UHGV virus genome: UHGV-0294267
Strand: one strand, 5' to 3'
Length of the DNA: 43,190 nt
Source: a virus
The notes beneath the pieces were generated by a model. The model did not search any database. It worked only from the letters and a program-made list of their open reading frames with translations, and had not been told where the DNA came from. Made by a program: the position numbers and the translations under genes. This document shows positions 8,071-16,439 of the stretch, piece after piece (position 1 is the first letter of the stretch; every line of letters begins with the position of its first letter).

Positions 8071-9473
8071 TGCAGATGATGTATTCCACTCAGGAGCTGG
8101 AATGTCTGGTTCTTGGCTGCCTGATGAACGGCGGCGCCACGCCTGATGCCTTTGATGTGATTGCCAGCACGCCGAGCGAGGCTTTCAGCGTCGCATACTA
8201 CAGACAGATTTACGGCGTGATCAAAGCGCAGGCGTTGAGCGGCGGCTTAATTGACATGATGTACATTAGCGAGGCCATCGGCGGACAGGGAACGCTGGCC
8301 AATCTCGCCGATATTTGCAAATTTCCCACATCGATCGTCAATCTCAAAGGCTACGCCAAAAAAATGGTTAAGGCCTGGCGAAGCAGAACCATAGCGCAAT
8401 TACTTCAGGATGGTGCGGATGGTATTCGTGATGCGATAAACCAGGAACAGCGCGATCAGGTTGTCGAAACTGCCGTGGCGCAGCTGCTGGACATGACCGG
8501 CGACACTGGCGACGTTCAGCCGGTACACATGAGCGAATTATTGCCGGTGTACATGGAAACCATGCAGAAGCGCATGGATGGTGAAGAGGGTACCCGCAAC
8601 CTGAAAACCGGGATCGAAGAACTGGACGATGCAACCGGCGGAATCAACCTGCAGGATTTGATTGTCGTCGCCGGGCGTCCGGGCATGGGAAAAACAGAAT
8701 TTGCGCTGAAGATTGTCGATGGTGTTACCGCTGCCGGCGGTGGCGCGTTGATATTCAGTATGGAGATGGCCGCTGCGCAAATCGTAGAACGCTCTCTGGC
8801 GGGTTCTGGCAACATGTCAGTGTCACGCCTGCGTAATCCCCTCGATATGCAGGACGAGGACTGGGCGCGCTTTACAGCGGCCATGGAGACCATGAACGGG
8901 CGCGATATCTGGATCGTTGATGCTACCGATCTGACGATTGAGCAAATCCGCGCCGTTGCCGAAACGCATAAGCGCCGGTATCCGCATCTGGCAATGATCG
9001 TTGTCGATTACCTTGGCCTGATTAAAAAACCGAAGGCAGAGCGTAACGACCTCGCGATCGCCCACATATCCCGAAACCTAAAAACTATGGCTATGCGTCT
9101 GCATACGCCGACGTTCGCGCTAAGCCAGCTTTCCCGCGCCGTGGATTCCCGCCCGGCTACCCAGCGCCGCCCGGTCATGTCAGATCTGCGCGATTCCGGT
9201 TCTATTGAGCAGGACGCCGACAGCATTATGTTTCTGTATCGCGATGAGGTTTACAACCCGGAAAGCCCGGCGGCTGGCGTCGCTGAAATTATCCTGGGTA
9301 AAAGCCGCTTCAGTGCCGCAGGCGCAATTATTTATCAGGAATTTAAAAACGGACACTTTCTGTCAATGGATCAGCATGTTGGCAAAGAGAAAACACGTAT
9401 CCAACTGGAGGCCGCGAAACCCCGGAAACAACCCCGTAAATACTCTGAGAGATTCAATACCGATGCATTTTAA
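8067..9473 (+). CDS. replicative DNA helicase, DnaB family
   Basis: 468 aa with Walker A (GRPGMGKT) and the DnaB-type motifs (VDYLGLIK, SQLSR, DLRDSGSIEQDAD). Confidence 0.9.
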   Translation: MMQMMYSTQELECLVLGCLMNGGATPDAFDVIASTPSEAFSVAYYRQIYGVIKAQALSGGLIDMMYISEAIGGQGTLANLADICKFPTSIVNLKGYAKKMVKAWRSRTIAQLLQDGADGIRDAINQEQRDQVVETAVAQLLDMTGDTGDVQPVHMSELLPVYMETMQKRMDGEEGTRNLKTGIEELDDATGGINLQDLIVVAGRPGMGKTEFALKIVDGVTAAGGGALIFSMEMAAAQIVERSLAGSGNMSVSRLRNPLDMQDEDWARFTAAMETMNGRDIWIVDATDLTIEQIRAVAETHKRRYPHLAMIVVDYLGLIKKPKAERNDLAIAHISRNLKTMAMRLHTPTFALSQLSRAVDSRPATQRRPVMSDLRDSGSIEQDADSIMFLYRDEVYNPESPAAGVAEIILGKSRFSAAGAIIYQEFKNGHFLSMDQHVGKEKTRIQLEAAKPRKQPRKYSERFNTDAF

Positions 9474-9511
9474 CCGCGCCTGACCAGCGCGATTTAACCG
9501 AGGAAAGACCA

Positions 9512-10180
9512 ATGACCACGAATTTAAATTACCCAAAACCAGTAAAACCGGATGATGGCTGCAACTGGCTTCCCGTTATTCTCTGGCGCATGAACGCCGG
9601 CGCGCGCGCCCGTAGCCGTTCCGTGTTCGTTGCGGCACCACGTCCGGCACCTGTACCCGGCATCACACCGCAAAAACCGATTAAGCGTGAAATTATCGCC
9701 CCTACTGTTTCCGGCCGCAGGCGTAAGACCCACATCGGCACCGTGATTTATTCCAGAGGTGAAAAAAACGTTCGCCTGAGTGAAGGCGCTACCGTCTGGT
9801 CTGCTGGCTCTAATGAGCATTTCGATAAAAAAACGGGCCAGCGAGTCGGCAGTATTGGCCGTCACCGTCTGGTGCTGGAGAGTATCCGCCCATTGCAGGC
9901 CAGCGACGAACAGCAGGACGCCGGGAGCGTCACCGCGCAGCAGCTGGTAGCCGTGATGAAAGGCAAAACGCTTTCTTACCAGGGCATCCTGGCATTAATC
10001 CAGAAGCACTATCCAGATTGTCAGGTGACGATCAAAGAACTTCACGATCGCGTGTTCGGCATGTTCATGTCGAATTACGTGGGTATCACCCGTCACGACG
10101 ATATGCCGGTGGTTCACTTCACGCTTAACAGCGTCGATCCCCGTTATTACATCGAGTCAGCGAAGAACAAGAGGACATAA
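9512..10180 (+). CDS. hypothetical protein (222 aa)
   Basis: ORF with the start motif CCGAGGAAAGACCAATG. No recognised domain. Confidence 0.55.
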   Translation: MTTNLNYPKPVKPDDGCNWLPVILWRMNAGARARSRSVFVAAPRPAPVPGITPQKPIKREIIAPTVSGRRRKTHIGTVIYSRGEKNVRLSEGATVWSAGSNEHFDKKTGQRVGSIGRHRLVLESIRPLQASDEQQDAGSVTAQQLVAVMKGKTLSYQGILALIQKHYPDCQVTIKELHDRVFGMFMSNYVGITRHDDMPVVHFTLNSVDPRYYIESAKNKRT

Positions 10181-10184
10181 GGCC

Positions 10185-10418
10185 ATGGCCGGGCAATCAG
10201 ATTACTTGCCGCCCGGCTTACCGCTCAATCGCGCCAAATGGCCGCAGGAGTGCCAGATCAAAGAGCACTACGACATGCGCGCCTCGGCACTCATACGCCA
10301 GCTGTTTGAGAAGAAAGTCACTCGACAGGCCATCGTAGAACAGATTGCAGCGACGCCGGAAAGCTACCGGGAGTTTTTCAAAGCGAGATTAAATTTTTGG
10401 CGGGAGAAGCGGACATGA
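10185..10418 (+). CDS. hypothetical protein (77 aa)
   Basis: ORF with an ATG start 4 nt after the preceding stop codon. Confidence 0.45.
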   Translation: MAGQSDYLPPGLPLNRAKWPQECQIKEHYDMRASALIRQLFEKKVTRQAIVEQIAATPESYREFFKARLNFWREKRT

Positions 10419-10567
10419 AAAAGCTTTTTAAACAGGGTTTTGAAAATTACAGCGGGCGTACGTTGCGAGTTTTCGCCCTGACATTGAATTTTGTTGTGTT
10501 GTTTATCGTGATCGCGGCGCTGTCAGCCTTAGGTATCTGCATGGTTAACGTCTGGGTGAATCAATGA
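10415..10567 (+). CDS. small single-pass membrane protein (50 aa), not in the ORF track
   Basis: My own translation is MKKLFKQGFENYSGRTLRVFALTLNFVVLFIVIAALSALGICMVNVWVNQ. Its ATG overlaps the upstream stop (ATGA) and its stop overlaps the methylase ATG (ATGA), so the three genes appear translationally coupled. Confidence 0.35.
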   Translation: MKKLFKQGFENYSGRTLRVFALTLNFVVLFIVIAALSALGICMVNVWVNQ

Positions 10568-11154
10568 GCAAAAAATACACTTTGATTTATGCGGATCCGC
10601 CCTGGACGTACCGCGATAAAGCCAAAGATGGCGAGCGTGGCGCCGGGCATAAATACCAGACCATGACTGTGCTCGATATCTGCCGTCTCCCGGTCTGGGA
10701 ACTGGCCGCTGAAAACTGCCTGCTGGCTATGTGGTGGGTACCGACTCAGCCACTGGAGGCGTTGCGAGTAGTCGAGGCGTGGGGGTTCCGCCTGATGACC
10801 ATGAAAGGCTTTACGTGGAACAAATGCTACAGCCGGCAGACCGACAAACTGGCCATTGGAATGGGCCATATGACCAGGGCGAACAGTGAGGATTGCCTTT
10901 TCGCTGTGCAGGGGAAATTACCCGCCCGGCTGGATGCCGGGATCGTTCAGTCATTCACGGCCCCGCGTCTGGAGCATTCGCGCAAACCGGATATCGTGCG
11001 CGAAAAGCTGGTGCAGCTGCTGGGGGATGTACCGCGTATTGAGTTATTCGCCCGCCAGTCGTCGCATGGTTTCGACGTCTGGGGAAACCAGTGTGAATCG
11101 CCAGCGGTGGCGCTGTTGCCGGCCATTGCAGAATATATCGGGGAGGTAGCATAG
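10564..11154 (+). CDS. DNA N6-adenine methyltransferase, MT-A70 family
   Basis: 196 aa with the catalytic DPPW motif (LIYADPPWTY) near the N-terminus, typical of phage Dam-like MT-A70 enzymes. Confidence 0.8.
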   Translation: MSKKYTLIYADPPWTYRDKAKDGERGAGHKYQTMTVLDICRLPVWELAAENCLLAMWWVPTQPLEALRVVEAWGFRLMTMKGFTWNKCYSRQTDKLAIGMGHMTRANSEDCLFAVQGKLPARLDAGIVQSFTAPRLEHSRKPDIVREKLVQLLGDVPRIELFARQSSHGFDVWGNQCESPAVALLPAIAEYIGEVA

Positions 11155-11439
11155 ATGGCCGACCAAACCATTCTCGATTTGAAAGACGCTCTACTTGAAA
11201 GCGCATACCGTCGATTATTGGAACTGGAGAAATTGCTATTGCCTGATGTCTCTGAAACCGTATGGCCCGTTGAAGTTAGCATGGTTTTTTCTCAGATAGA
11301 AAACGCCGGGGATCTCCCGGCGCACCACCAGCGCCGCCTGCAGCACCATATCAACCGGATGTGGCTGGAAAAAATGCCGGTACCGTCAATTATCGCCGCG
11401 GCTCGTTCGCTGGCCAGTGCCATGGAGAAATACGCGTGA
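11155..11439 (+). CDS. hypothetical protein (94 aa)
   Basis: ORF lying between the two methyltransferase genes. Its stop overlaps the GTG of the next gene (GTGA). Confidence 0.45.
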   Translation: MADQTILDLKDALLESAYRRLLELEKLLLPDVSETVWPVEVSMVFSQIENAGDLPAHHQRRLQHHINRMWLEKMPVPSIIAAARSLASAMEKYA

Positions 11440-13625
11440 GAGAGAGCGAAATCATCGTTGATAACTTTGCTGGTGGCGGCGGAGCCTCAACGGGCATCGA
11501 ATTGGCGATAGGGCGCAGTGTGGATATTGCGATTAACCATGACCCGAACGCTGTCGCGATGCACACTACTAATCACCCCGACACGCTGCATTACTGCGAG
11601 TCGGTTTATTCAGTTCGCCCGAAAGTTGCGACCGCCGGCCGCCGGGTTGGGCTGGCATGGTTTAGTCCTGATTGCCGCCACTTCTCAAAAGCTAAGGGTG
11701 CAAAACCCGTTGAAAAAGCGATTCGTGGGCTGGCGTGGGTAACACTTCGCTGGGGGCTGGATGTTGACCCTCGGGTAATGATGCTGGAAAACGTCGAAGA
11801 GTTTAAAACATGGGGGCCGCTGCTTGCGGCTGAAATGCGACCAGATCCAGACCGCGTCGGTGAAACATTCCGGGCATTTGTAGGCATGCTGACAACCGGT
11901 ATCCCGGCGAACCATCCGGCGCTGGCAGAATGCTGCGAATTTCTGAACATTTCGCTTGATAGCGAAGATGCCGCACGGCTGGTAAAAGGGCTGGGATACG
12001 TCGTTGAGTATCGAGAACTGCGCGCTTGCGACTACGGCGCACCGACGATTAGAAAACGATTCTTCATGGTCATGCGCCGCGACGGTAAGCCGATAGTATG
12101 GCCGGAAGCCACTCATGGCGATCCGAAATCACCATCGGTGCTGGCTGGCAAACTGGCACCGTGGCGTACAGCTGCGGAATGTATCGACTGGTCCATTCCC
12201 GCGCCATCGATATTTGACCGGAGAAAGCCGCTGGCGGTGAACACGCTCAAACGTATTGCCCGCGGCATCCAACGGTTCGTTATCGACAGTGCAGATCCGT
12301 TCATTGTGAAATGCAACCACACAACCACCCGTGGGAAATACGACTGTTTCCGGGGACAGGCGCTGGGGGATCCGCTGCAGACGATTACCAAAACCCACGG
12401 ATTTGGGCTGGCGGTACCGCATCTGACAAAATTCCGCACCGGTGCAACCGGGCAGCCAGTCACCGAGCCGGTACCAACAGTGACTGCTGGTACGTCAAAA
12501 CGCCCGGGCGGGAATGGTCACGCCCTCGGTATCGTTGAAGCTGAGCTGGCACCGTTCCTGGCCGGAAATGGCGGCAGCGAGTATCAGGCGAAGCCACGGC
12601 CACTGGATAAACCAGCACATACCATCCTGAAAGAGTCCCGCGCCTGTATGGTCACACCATACATTGCGAGGATTGGGCAGACGGGATTCGGCGGTGACCG
12701 TATGTCTTATGACGCAAAAAAACCTCTTACAACAGTTACAAGCAAAAATGAACATTTGTTACTGACACCAATCATTGCGCGCCAGTTTGGTGGCAGCATT
12801 GGCCACCGGGCGGACGAGCCCAGCGCGACGATCACCGCGGGCGGTGGCGGTAAATCGCAGCTGGTGGTGCCAACGTTGATTCAAACCGGATATAGCGAAA
12901 GGCCCGGGCAGGCTCCGCGTGTGCCTGGGCTTAATAAACCGCTGGGTACTGTAGTTGCTGGTGGCGGTAAACATGCGGTCGTTGGCGCATTTCTGGCGAA
13001 ACACTACGGCGGGAACTATTCGGGCCCAGGAGTAGGGTTGGACGAGCCAGCACACTCAGTGACTACGGTTGATCATCATGCGGTAGTTGCGGCGCATCTC
13101 ATGGTGAACAATACCGGGCATCCAGGCGGATCCGTTGAATCACCTGCGCATACGGTTACGACTGGCAATCACCACGCCGTTGTCGCCTCCCACCTGGTTA
13201 AGCTGCGCGGTACTTGCCGTGACGGACAGCGAACTGATGCGCCGATGCCGACTATTACCGCTGGTGGTCAGCACGTCGGGGAAGTTGATACCACTCTCGC
13301 TGTTGAGCATTACGACGAGCAGCGCGCGCAACAGGTGTTAGCATTCCTGAAAGAGTATTGCGGAGCCGATAGCACCGGGCTAGTGGAAATCGCCGGGGTA
13401 ACTTATCGCATCGTTGATATTGGCATGCGCATGCTGCAGCCGCACGAGCTTTACCGGGCGCAGGGCTTCCCTGAGTGGTACATCATTGACCAGGATTACC
13501 GCGGCGTGAAGTATGCGAAGGATAAGCAGGTCGCGCGATGTGGCAACGCTGTTCCGCCGCCGTTCGCGGAAGCACTGGTAAGGGCAAATCTGCCAGAAAT
13601 GTGCCAGGCACGGGAGGCCGCATAA
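11436..13625 (+). CDS. DNA (cytosine-5)-methyltransferase with a long repeat-containing variable region
   Basis: Motif I is DNFAGGGGASTG, motif IV is SPDCRHFS (PC motif) and motif VI is ENVEEF. The GTG at 11436 is preferred because it overlaps the upstream stop by 4 nt and places motif I at residues 8-16. The track's longer start is 11361. The variable region holds repeats such as PAHSVTTVDHHAVVAAHL, PAHTVTTGNHHAVVASHL, PLGTVVAGGGKHAVVGAFL and PSATITAGGGG. Confidence 0.8.
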   Translation: MRESEIIVDNFAGGGGASTGIELAIGRSVDIAINHDPNAVAMHTTNHPDTLHYCESVYSVRPKVATAGRRVGLAWFSPDCRHFSKAKGAKPVEKAIRGLAWVTLRWGLDVDPRVMMLENVEEFKTWGPLLAAEMRPDPDRVGETFRAFVGMLTTGIPANHPALAECCEFLNISLDSEDAARLVKGLGYVVEYRELRACDYGAPTIRKRFFMVMRRDGKPIVWPEATHGDPKSPSVLAGKLAPWRTAAECIDWSIPAPSIFDRRKPLAVNTLKRIARGIQRFVIDSADPFIVKCNHTTTRGKYDCFRGQALGDPLQTITKTHGFGLAVPHLTKFRTGATGQPVTEPVPTVTAGTSKRPGGNGHALGIVEAELAPFLAGNGGSEYQAKPRPLDKPAHTILKESRACMVTPYIARIGQTGFGGDRMSYDAKKPLTTVTSKNEHLLLTPIIARQFGGSIGHRADEPSATITAGGGGKSQLVVPTLIQTGYSERPGQAPRVPGLNKPLGTVVAGGGKHAVVGAFLAKHYGGNYSGPGVGLDEPAHSVTTVDHHAVVAAHLMVNNTGHPGGSVESPAHTVTTGNHHAVVASHLVKLRGTCRDGQRTDAPMPTITAGGQHVGEVDTTLAVEHYDEQRAQQVLAFLKEYCGADSTGLVEIAGVTYRIVDIGMRMLQPHELYRAQGFPEWYIIDQDYRGVKYAKDKQVARCGNAVPPPFAEALVRANLPEMCQAREAA

Positions 13626-13963
13626 TGGCTAAATCATCCGCAGAACGTAAAGCCGCGCAGCGAGCGCGGCAGTCTGCCGCCGGCAACCGGAAAATTGAGC
13701 TGGTTCTCGATGCGCAGGAACTGGATATGCTGGCGCGTAACTGCACCGCCCGGCGCCCGGGCCGTGAACCGTACGAACTGGCCGAGTACATAGCCATGCT
13801 GATCCGTCAGGATGATGCGCGGCTTAGTGGGCACATCAAATCGATCAGCAAACGTCTGTGTAGAAAATGCGGTGAGTCGCTGCCGATCACCTCCTGCCCG
13901 TGTGCTGGTGATTCGCAATGCTGGGTAACGCGAGGGTGGCACGAAACTAAACTGTCAGCATAG
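13625..13963 (+). CDS. hypothetical basic protein with a C-terminal Cys cluster (CRKCGESLPITSCPCAGDSQCW), 112 aa
   Basis: The ATG overlaps the methyltransferase stop as TAATG. The N-terminus is basic (KAAQRARQSAAGNRK). The C-terminus has a CxxC...CxC...C pattern compatible with a zinc-binding DNA-binding protein. Confidence 0.45.
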   Translation: MAKSSAERKAAQRARQSAAGNRKIELVLDAQELDMLARNCTARRPGREPYELAEYIAMLIRQDDARLSGHIKSISKRLCRKCGESLPITSCPCAGDSQCWVTRGWHETKLSA

Positions 13964-13988
13964 CGAACAACCATACCAGATAAAACAG

Positions 13989-14017
13989 AACCGTCAGAAA
14001 TGGCGGTTTTCTTTTGA
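13989..14017 (+). terminator. weak candidate rho-independent terminator
   Basis: Short hairpin AACCG-N10-CGGTT followed by TTCTTTTG. The stem is only 5 bp. Confidence 0.25.
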
Positions 14018-14105
14018 ATTCAATCGGATATTTTGAGGTTTATTGTTGATTTTTAACGATTCGTGCTCTTAAAAATTTGCGCTCACTGTCAGTTGATAGT
14101 ATATA

Positions 14106-14125
14106 TACTGTGAATTTATACAGTA
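14106..14125. promoter_or_regulatory. LexA (SOS) box TACTGTGAATTTATACAGTA overlapping a sigma70-like promoter (TTGATA at 14093-14098)
   Basis: It matches the enterobacterial consensus TACTG(TA)5CAGTA with CTGT-N8-ACAG. The box covers the predicted -10 region. A small gene follows 20 nt downstream. Confidence 0.65.
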
Positions 14126-14145
14126 TCGCCAGCGAGGGAGAGGTA

Positions 14146-14337
14146 GTGATTGATAAGAAAGATGCAGGAGACCTTCTCCCCGATGATGGTGATGTGCTGA
14201 TAACATGTGAAAAGGGCAAAATTAAGAAGACCAGAATTGTCCATTCCGATGAGCACGTAGCGACACTTAACGCGTTGTTTGAATTAGCTAAATTGACGGG
14301 TTATACCATTATCAAACCAGACGGCAATATGCTATAA
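14146..14337 (+). CDS. small acidic protein (63 aa) under LexA control, a candidate SOS-induced antirepressor or other SOS effector
   Basis: GTG at 14146 after the ribosome-binding site GAGGGAGAGG. The ORF is AT-rich compared with its neighbours. The track's upstream extension to 14077 would read through the promoter and LexA box and is rejected. Confidence 0.45.
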   Translation: MIDKKDAGDLLPDDGDVLITCEKGKIKKTRIVHSDEHVATLNALFELAKLTGYTIIKPDGNML

Positions 14338-14405
14338 TTACCCCGTTGGCCTGAACACCCGACACAGTATACTTCTGAACAATTGCTGCGCTAAAGGGGA
14401 ACCCA

Positions 14406-14999
14406 ATGGCGCAGTATTCATTTATAAAATCAGATGGCGATGTGTTAATCCCTGCATCGCCCGACGCCCGCGAGTTTGTGAAGAAAATTCGCTCGGGCGC
14501 TGTTCTGTATTCCGATTTTAAGCAGGCGCGAAACCCTGCATTTCACCGCAAGTTTTTCTCTCTCCTCAATCTCGGTTTTGACTACTGGCAGCCATCCGGC
14601 GGTGCTATTTCCCCTGCAGATAAAAAACTGGTGCATGGTTACGTGCAGCTGGTGGCCCACTATGCCGGGCATGCTGACACATTGCAGGAACTGGCGGACC
14701 AGTATTTGCGCGATGAAGCAGAAAAACGCGCCGGGAATATCAGTGCGGTTAAATCGTTTGAAGCGTTCCGTTCCTGGGTAACTATCGAAGCCGGTTTTTA
14801 TACCGAATACCAGATGCCTGATGGCACCACTCGTAAGGAACCCAAATCCATATCGTTCGCAAAAATGGACGATCTCGAATTCTCCCAGCTTTATAAGTCA
14901 GTCCTCGACGTTCTCTGGAACTTCATTCTGTTCCGCACCTTCCCGACGCAGCAGGCGGCAGAAAACGCAGCCTCTCAGCTTTTCAGTTATGCGGCCTGA
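14406..14999 (+). CDS. hypothetical nin-region protein (197 aa), possibly DUF1367-like
   Basis: ORF with an AAAGGGGA ribosome-binding site. The family assignment rests on memory only. Confidence 0.4.
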   Translation: MAQYSFIKSDGDVLIPASPDAREFVKKIRSGAVLYSDFKQARNPAFHRKFFSLLNLGFDYWQPSGGAISPADKKLVHGYVQLVAHYAGHADTLQELADQYLRDEAEKRAGNISAVKSFEAFRSWVTIEAGFYTEYQMPDGTTRKEPKSISFAKMDDLEFSQLYKSVLDVLWNFILFRTFPTQQAAENAASQLFSYAA

Positions 15000-15009
15000 G
15001 GCGGACACT

Positions 15010-15486
15010 ATGAAATTCAATATTCGCTCTCATATCGTCGAGATGGATGAGGCCGACGCCTTGATCTTTGTGGGTTACCCCATCCACATCGGCTCGAATG
15101 GTTATGCAAAAGTCACCGGCTGGCATTTTGGCAAGGAAAGATACCTTCATCGCGTCATCATGAATGCGAGGCCTCATGATGTTGTAGATCACATTGATGG
15201 TAATAAGCTCAACTGCACCCGCTCAAATCTGAGGATCTGCACACAGGCCGACAATACCAAAAATGTGGGCTTGAGGAGTGACAATAGCTCAGGAATTCCG
15301 GGAGTTTACTGGGTATCCACTCGCCTCAAATGGGCGGCGCAAATTTCAGTTGATGGCAGGACCGTTAGTTTAGGCCGCTTTGATGAAATTGCCGATGCTA
15401 TCAATGCCCGCCGGAAAGCAGAAGATTTGTATTACGGGGAGTTTGCAGCCAGCAAGGGGGTGCTTTGTGAAAAAGCGCGCCAGTAA
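15010..15486 (+). CDS. HNH homing endonuclease with an AP2-type DNA-binding domain
   Basis: ATG at 15010 after GAGG. The HNH motif is HIDGNKLNCTRSNLRICTQADNTKN. An AP2-like segment (SGIPGVYWVSTRLKWAAQISVDGRTVSLGRFDEIADAINARRKAE) is present. The track's longer ORF from 14821 overlaps the previous gene and is rejected. Confidence 0.75.
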   Translation: MKFNIRSHIVEMDEADALIFVGYPIHIGSNGYAKVTGWHFGKERYLHRVIMNARPHDVVDHIDGNKLNCTRSNLRICTQADNTKNVGLRSDNSSGIPGVYWVSTRLKWAAQISVDGRTVSLGRFDEIADAINARRKAEDLYYGEFAASKGVLCEKARQ

Positions 15487-15781
15487 ATCAGATAAGCAAT
15501 ATTTCCAAGATCTCGTTGAGATAGGTTGTATTGTCTGCAAAGTACACTTCGGTGTGTACTCCGTCCCCGAAATCCACCACATCCGAACCGGTCAGGGCGC
15601 CGGCCAGCGCGCAAATCACAAAAGAACCTTACCTCTTTGCCCTGCGCACCACCGCACTGGCGGTTTTGGCGTGGCAATTCATGCCGGACAAAAGACATGG
15701 GAGGGCAAATACGGTACCGAACTGGAGTTGCTCGATCAGGTGACTACTGAAGTAAAGGTATTGCGCCTATGTCGGGTTTAA
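15467..15781 (+). CDS. Ref-like (recombination enhancement function) HNH-type small nuclease, tentative
   Basis: A Cys/His-rich core (CIVCKVHF...EIHHIRTG...LPLCPAHHRTG...AIHAGQKTWEGKYG) resembles P1 Ref-family proteins. The GTG at 15467 has an AAGGGGG ribosome-binding site. An alternative ATG lies at 15380. Confidence 0.4.
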   Translation: MKKRASKSDKQYFQDLVEIGCIVCKVHFGVYSVPEIHHIRTGQGAGQRANHKRTLPLCPAHHRTGGFGVAIHAGQKTWEGKYGTELELLDQVTTEVKVLRLCRV

Positions 15782-16116
15782 CCAGAAAAAAAATTGCGGT
15801 GCTTGAGCTTATTCGCACCTGTTCGAAAGGAGTGACGTCTGCCGAAGTGATGTATTCGCTCGGTATGTCACGCAGCACTGTGTTTTTTATTTTGGACAGC
15901 CTGCTTAAAGACAATCTCATATTCCGCGCCCACAACGAAACAGGACGAAATTCACGTCGTATTTATTTCCCAACTGCAGAGCTGGCGGAGGAGTTTTCCG
16001 GAAAAAAAATCCCTATGAGCAAACGTGAAAGCTTTTTCGACTCCTGCCGGCGCCACAGCAAAAACTACATGATCACTCTGCTGCTGCGGAGTGCACGACA
16101 ACCACCAAAAGAGTAA
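15769..16116 (+). CDS. hypothetical winged-helix DNA-binding protein (115 aa)
   Basis: An HTH-like segment (TSAEVMYSLGMSRSTVFFILDSLLKDNLI) is present. It lies just upstream of the packaging genes. Confidence 0.4.
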   Translation: MSGLTRKKIAVLELIRTCSKGVTSAEVMYSLGMSRSTVFFILDSLLKDNLIFRAHNETGRNSRRIYFPTAELAEEFSGKKIPMSKRESFFDSCRRHSKNYMITLLLRSARQPPKE

Positions 16117-16121
16117 ACACC

Positions 16122-16439
16122 ATGAGCGACAAAGATATCGAGCAGCAAATAAAATCCAAAGGTTTAACCGCGGCCCGCGTTACGCTGGATGATTTTAAAG
16201 AAAACATCGTCAATACAGAGATCGTTAAACACGTTTCCGTATCAGGTCAGGTACTCCGTTGGGCCGTACTGACCACGAAAAATGGCTTTTCTGTTACTGG
16301 CAGACCTTCATGCTCAGCCTCTTCAGAAAACGACAACGCTGAAATTGGTGAGCAGATAGCCATCGAAAACGCAGAAAATGAACTGTGGCCGCTTATGGGG
16401 TACGCCCTTAAAGAGCGCCTGCATGGCACAGGCTTCTGA
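16122..16439 (+). CDS. Gp49-like phage protein (phage gp49/gp66 family)
   Basis: 105 aa, MSDKDIEQQIKSKGLTAARVT...NGFSVTGRPSCSASSENDNAEIGEQIAIENAENELWPLMGYALKERL. This matches my recollection of the small Gp49-type family common in P22/Sf6-like late regions. Confidence 0.5.
   Translation: MSDKDIEQQIKSKGLTAARVTLDDFKENIVNTEIVKHVSVSGQVLRWAVLTTKNGFSVTGRPSCSASSENDNAEIGEQIAIENAENELWPLMGYALKERLHGTGF

Noticed and set aside
8368-9226. Multiple minus-strand ORFs inside the dnaB-like gene (8368..8634, 8516..8893, 8538..8780, 8823..9065, 9008..9226)
   Set aside because: They are antisense to a well-supported helicase gene. They are typical GC-rich shadow ORFs.
14077-14145. Upstream extension of the small SOS-controlled ORF to 14077, as given in the track
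   Set aside because: It would place the promoter, the LexA box and the ribosome-binding site inside the coding region. The GTG at 14146 after GAGGGAGAGG is the credible start.
14341-14400. Possible second LexA box around CTGAACACCCGACACAG
   Set aside because: The left arm is CTGA, not CTGT, and the spacing does not fit CTGT-N8-ACAG.
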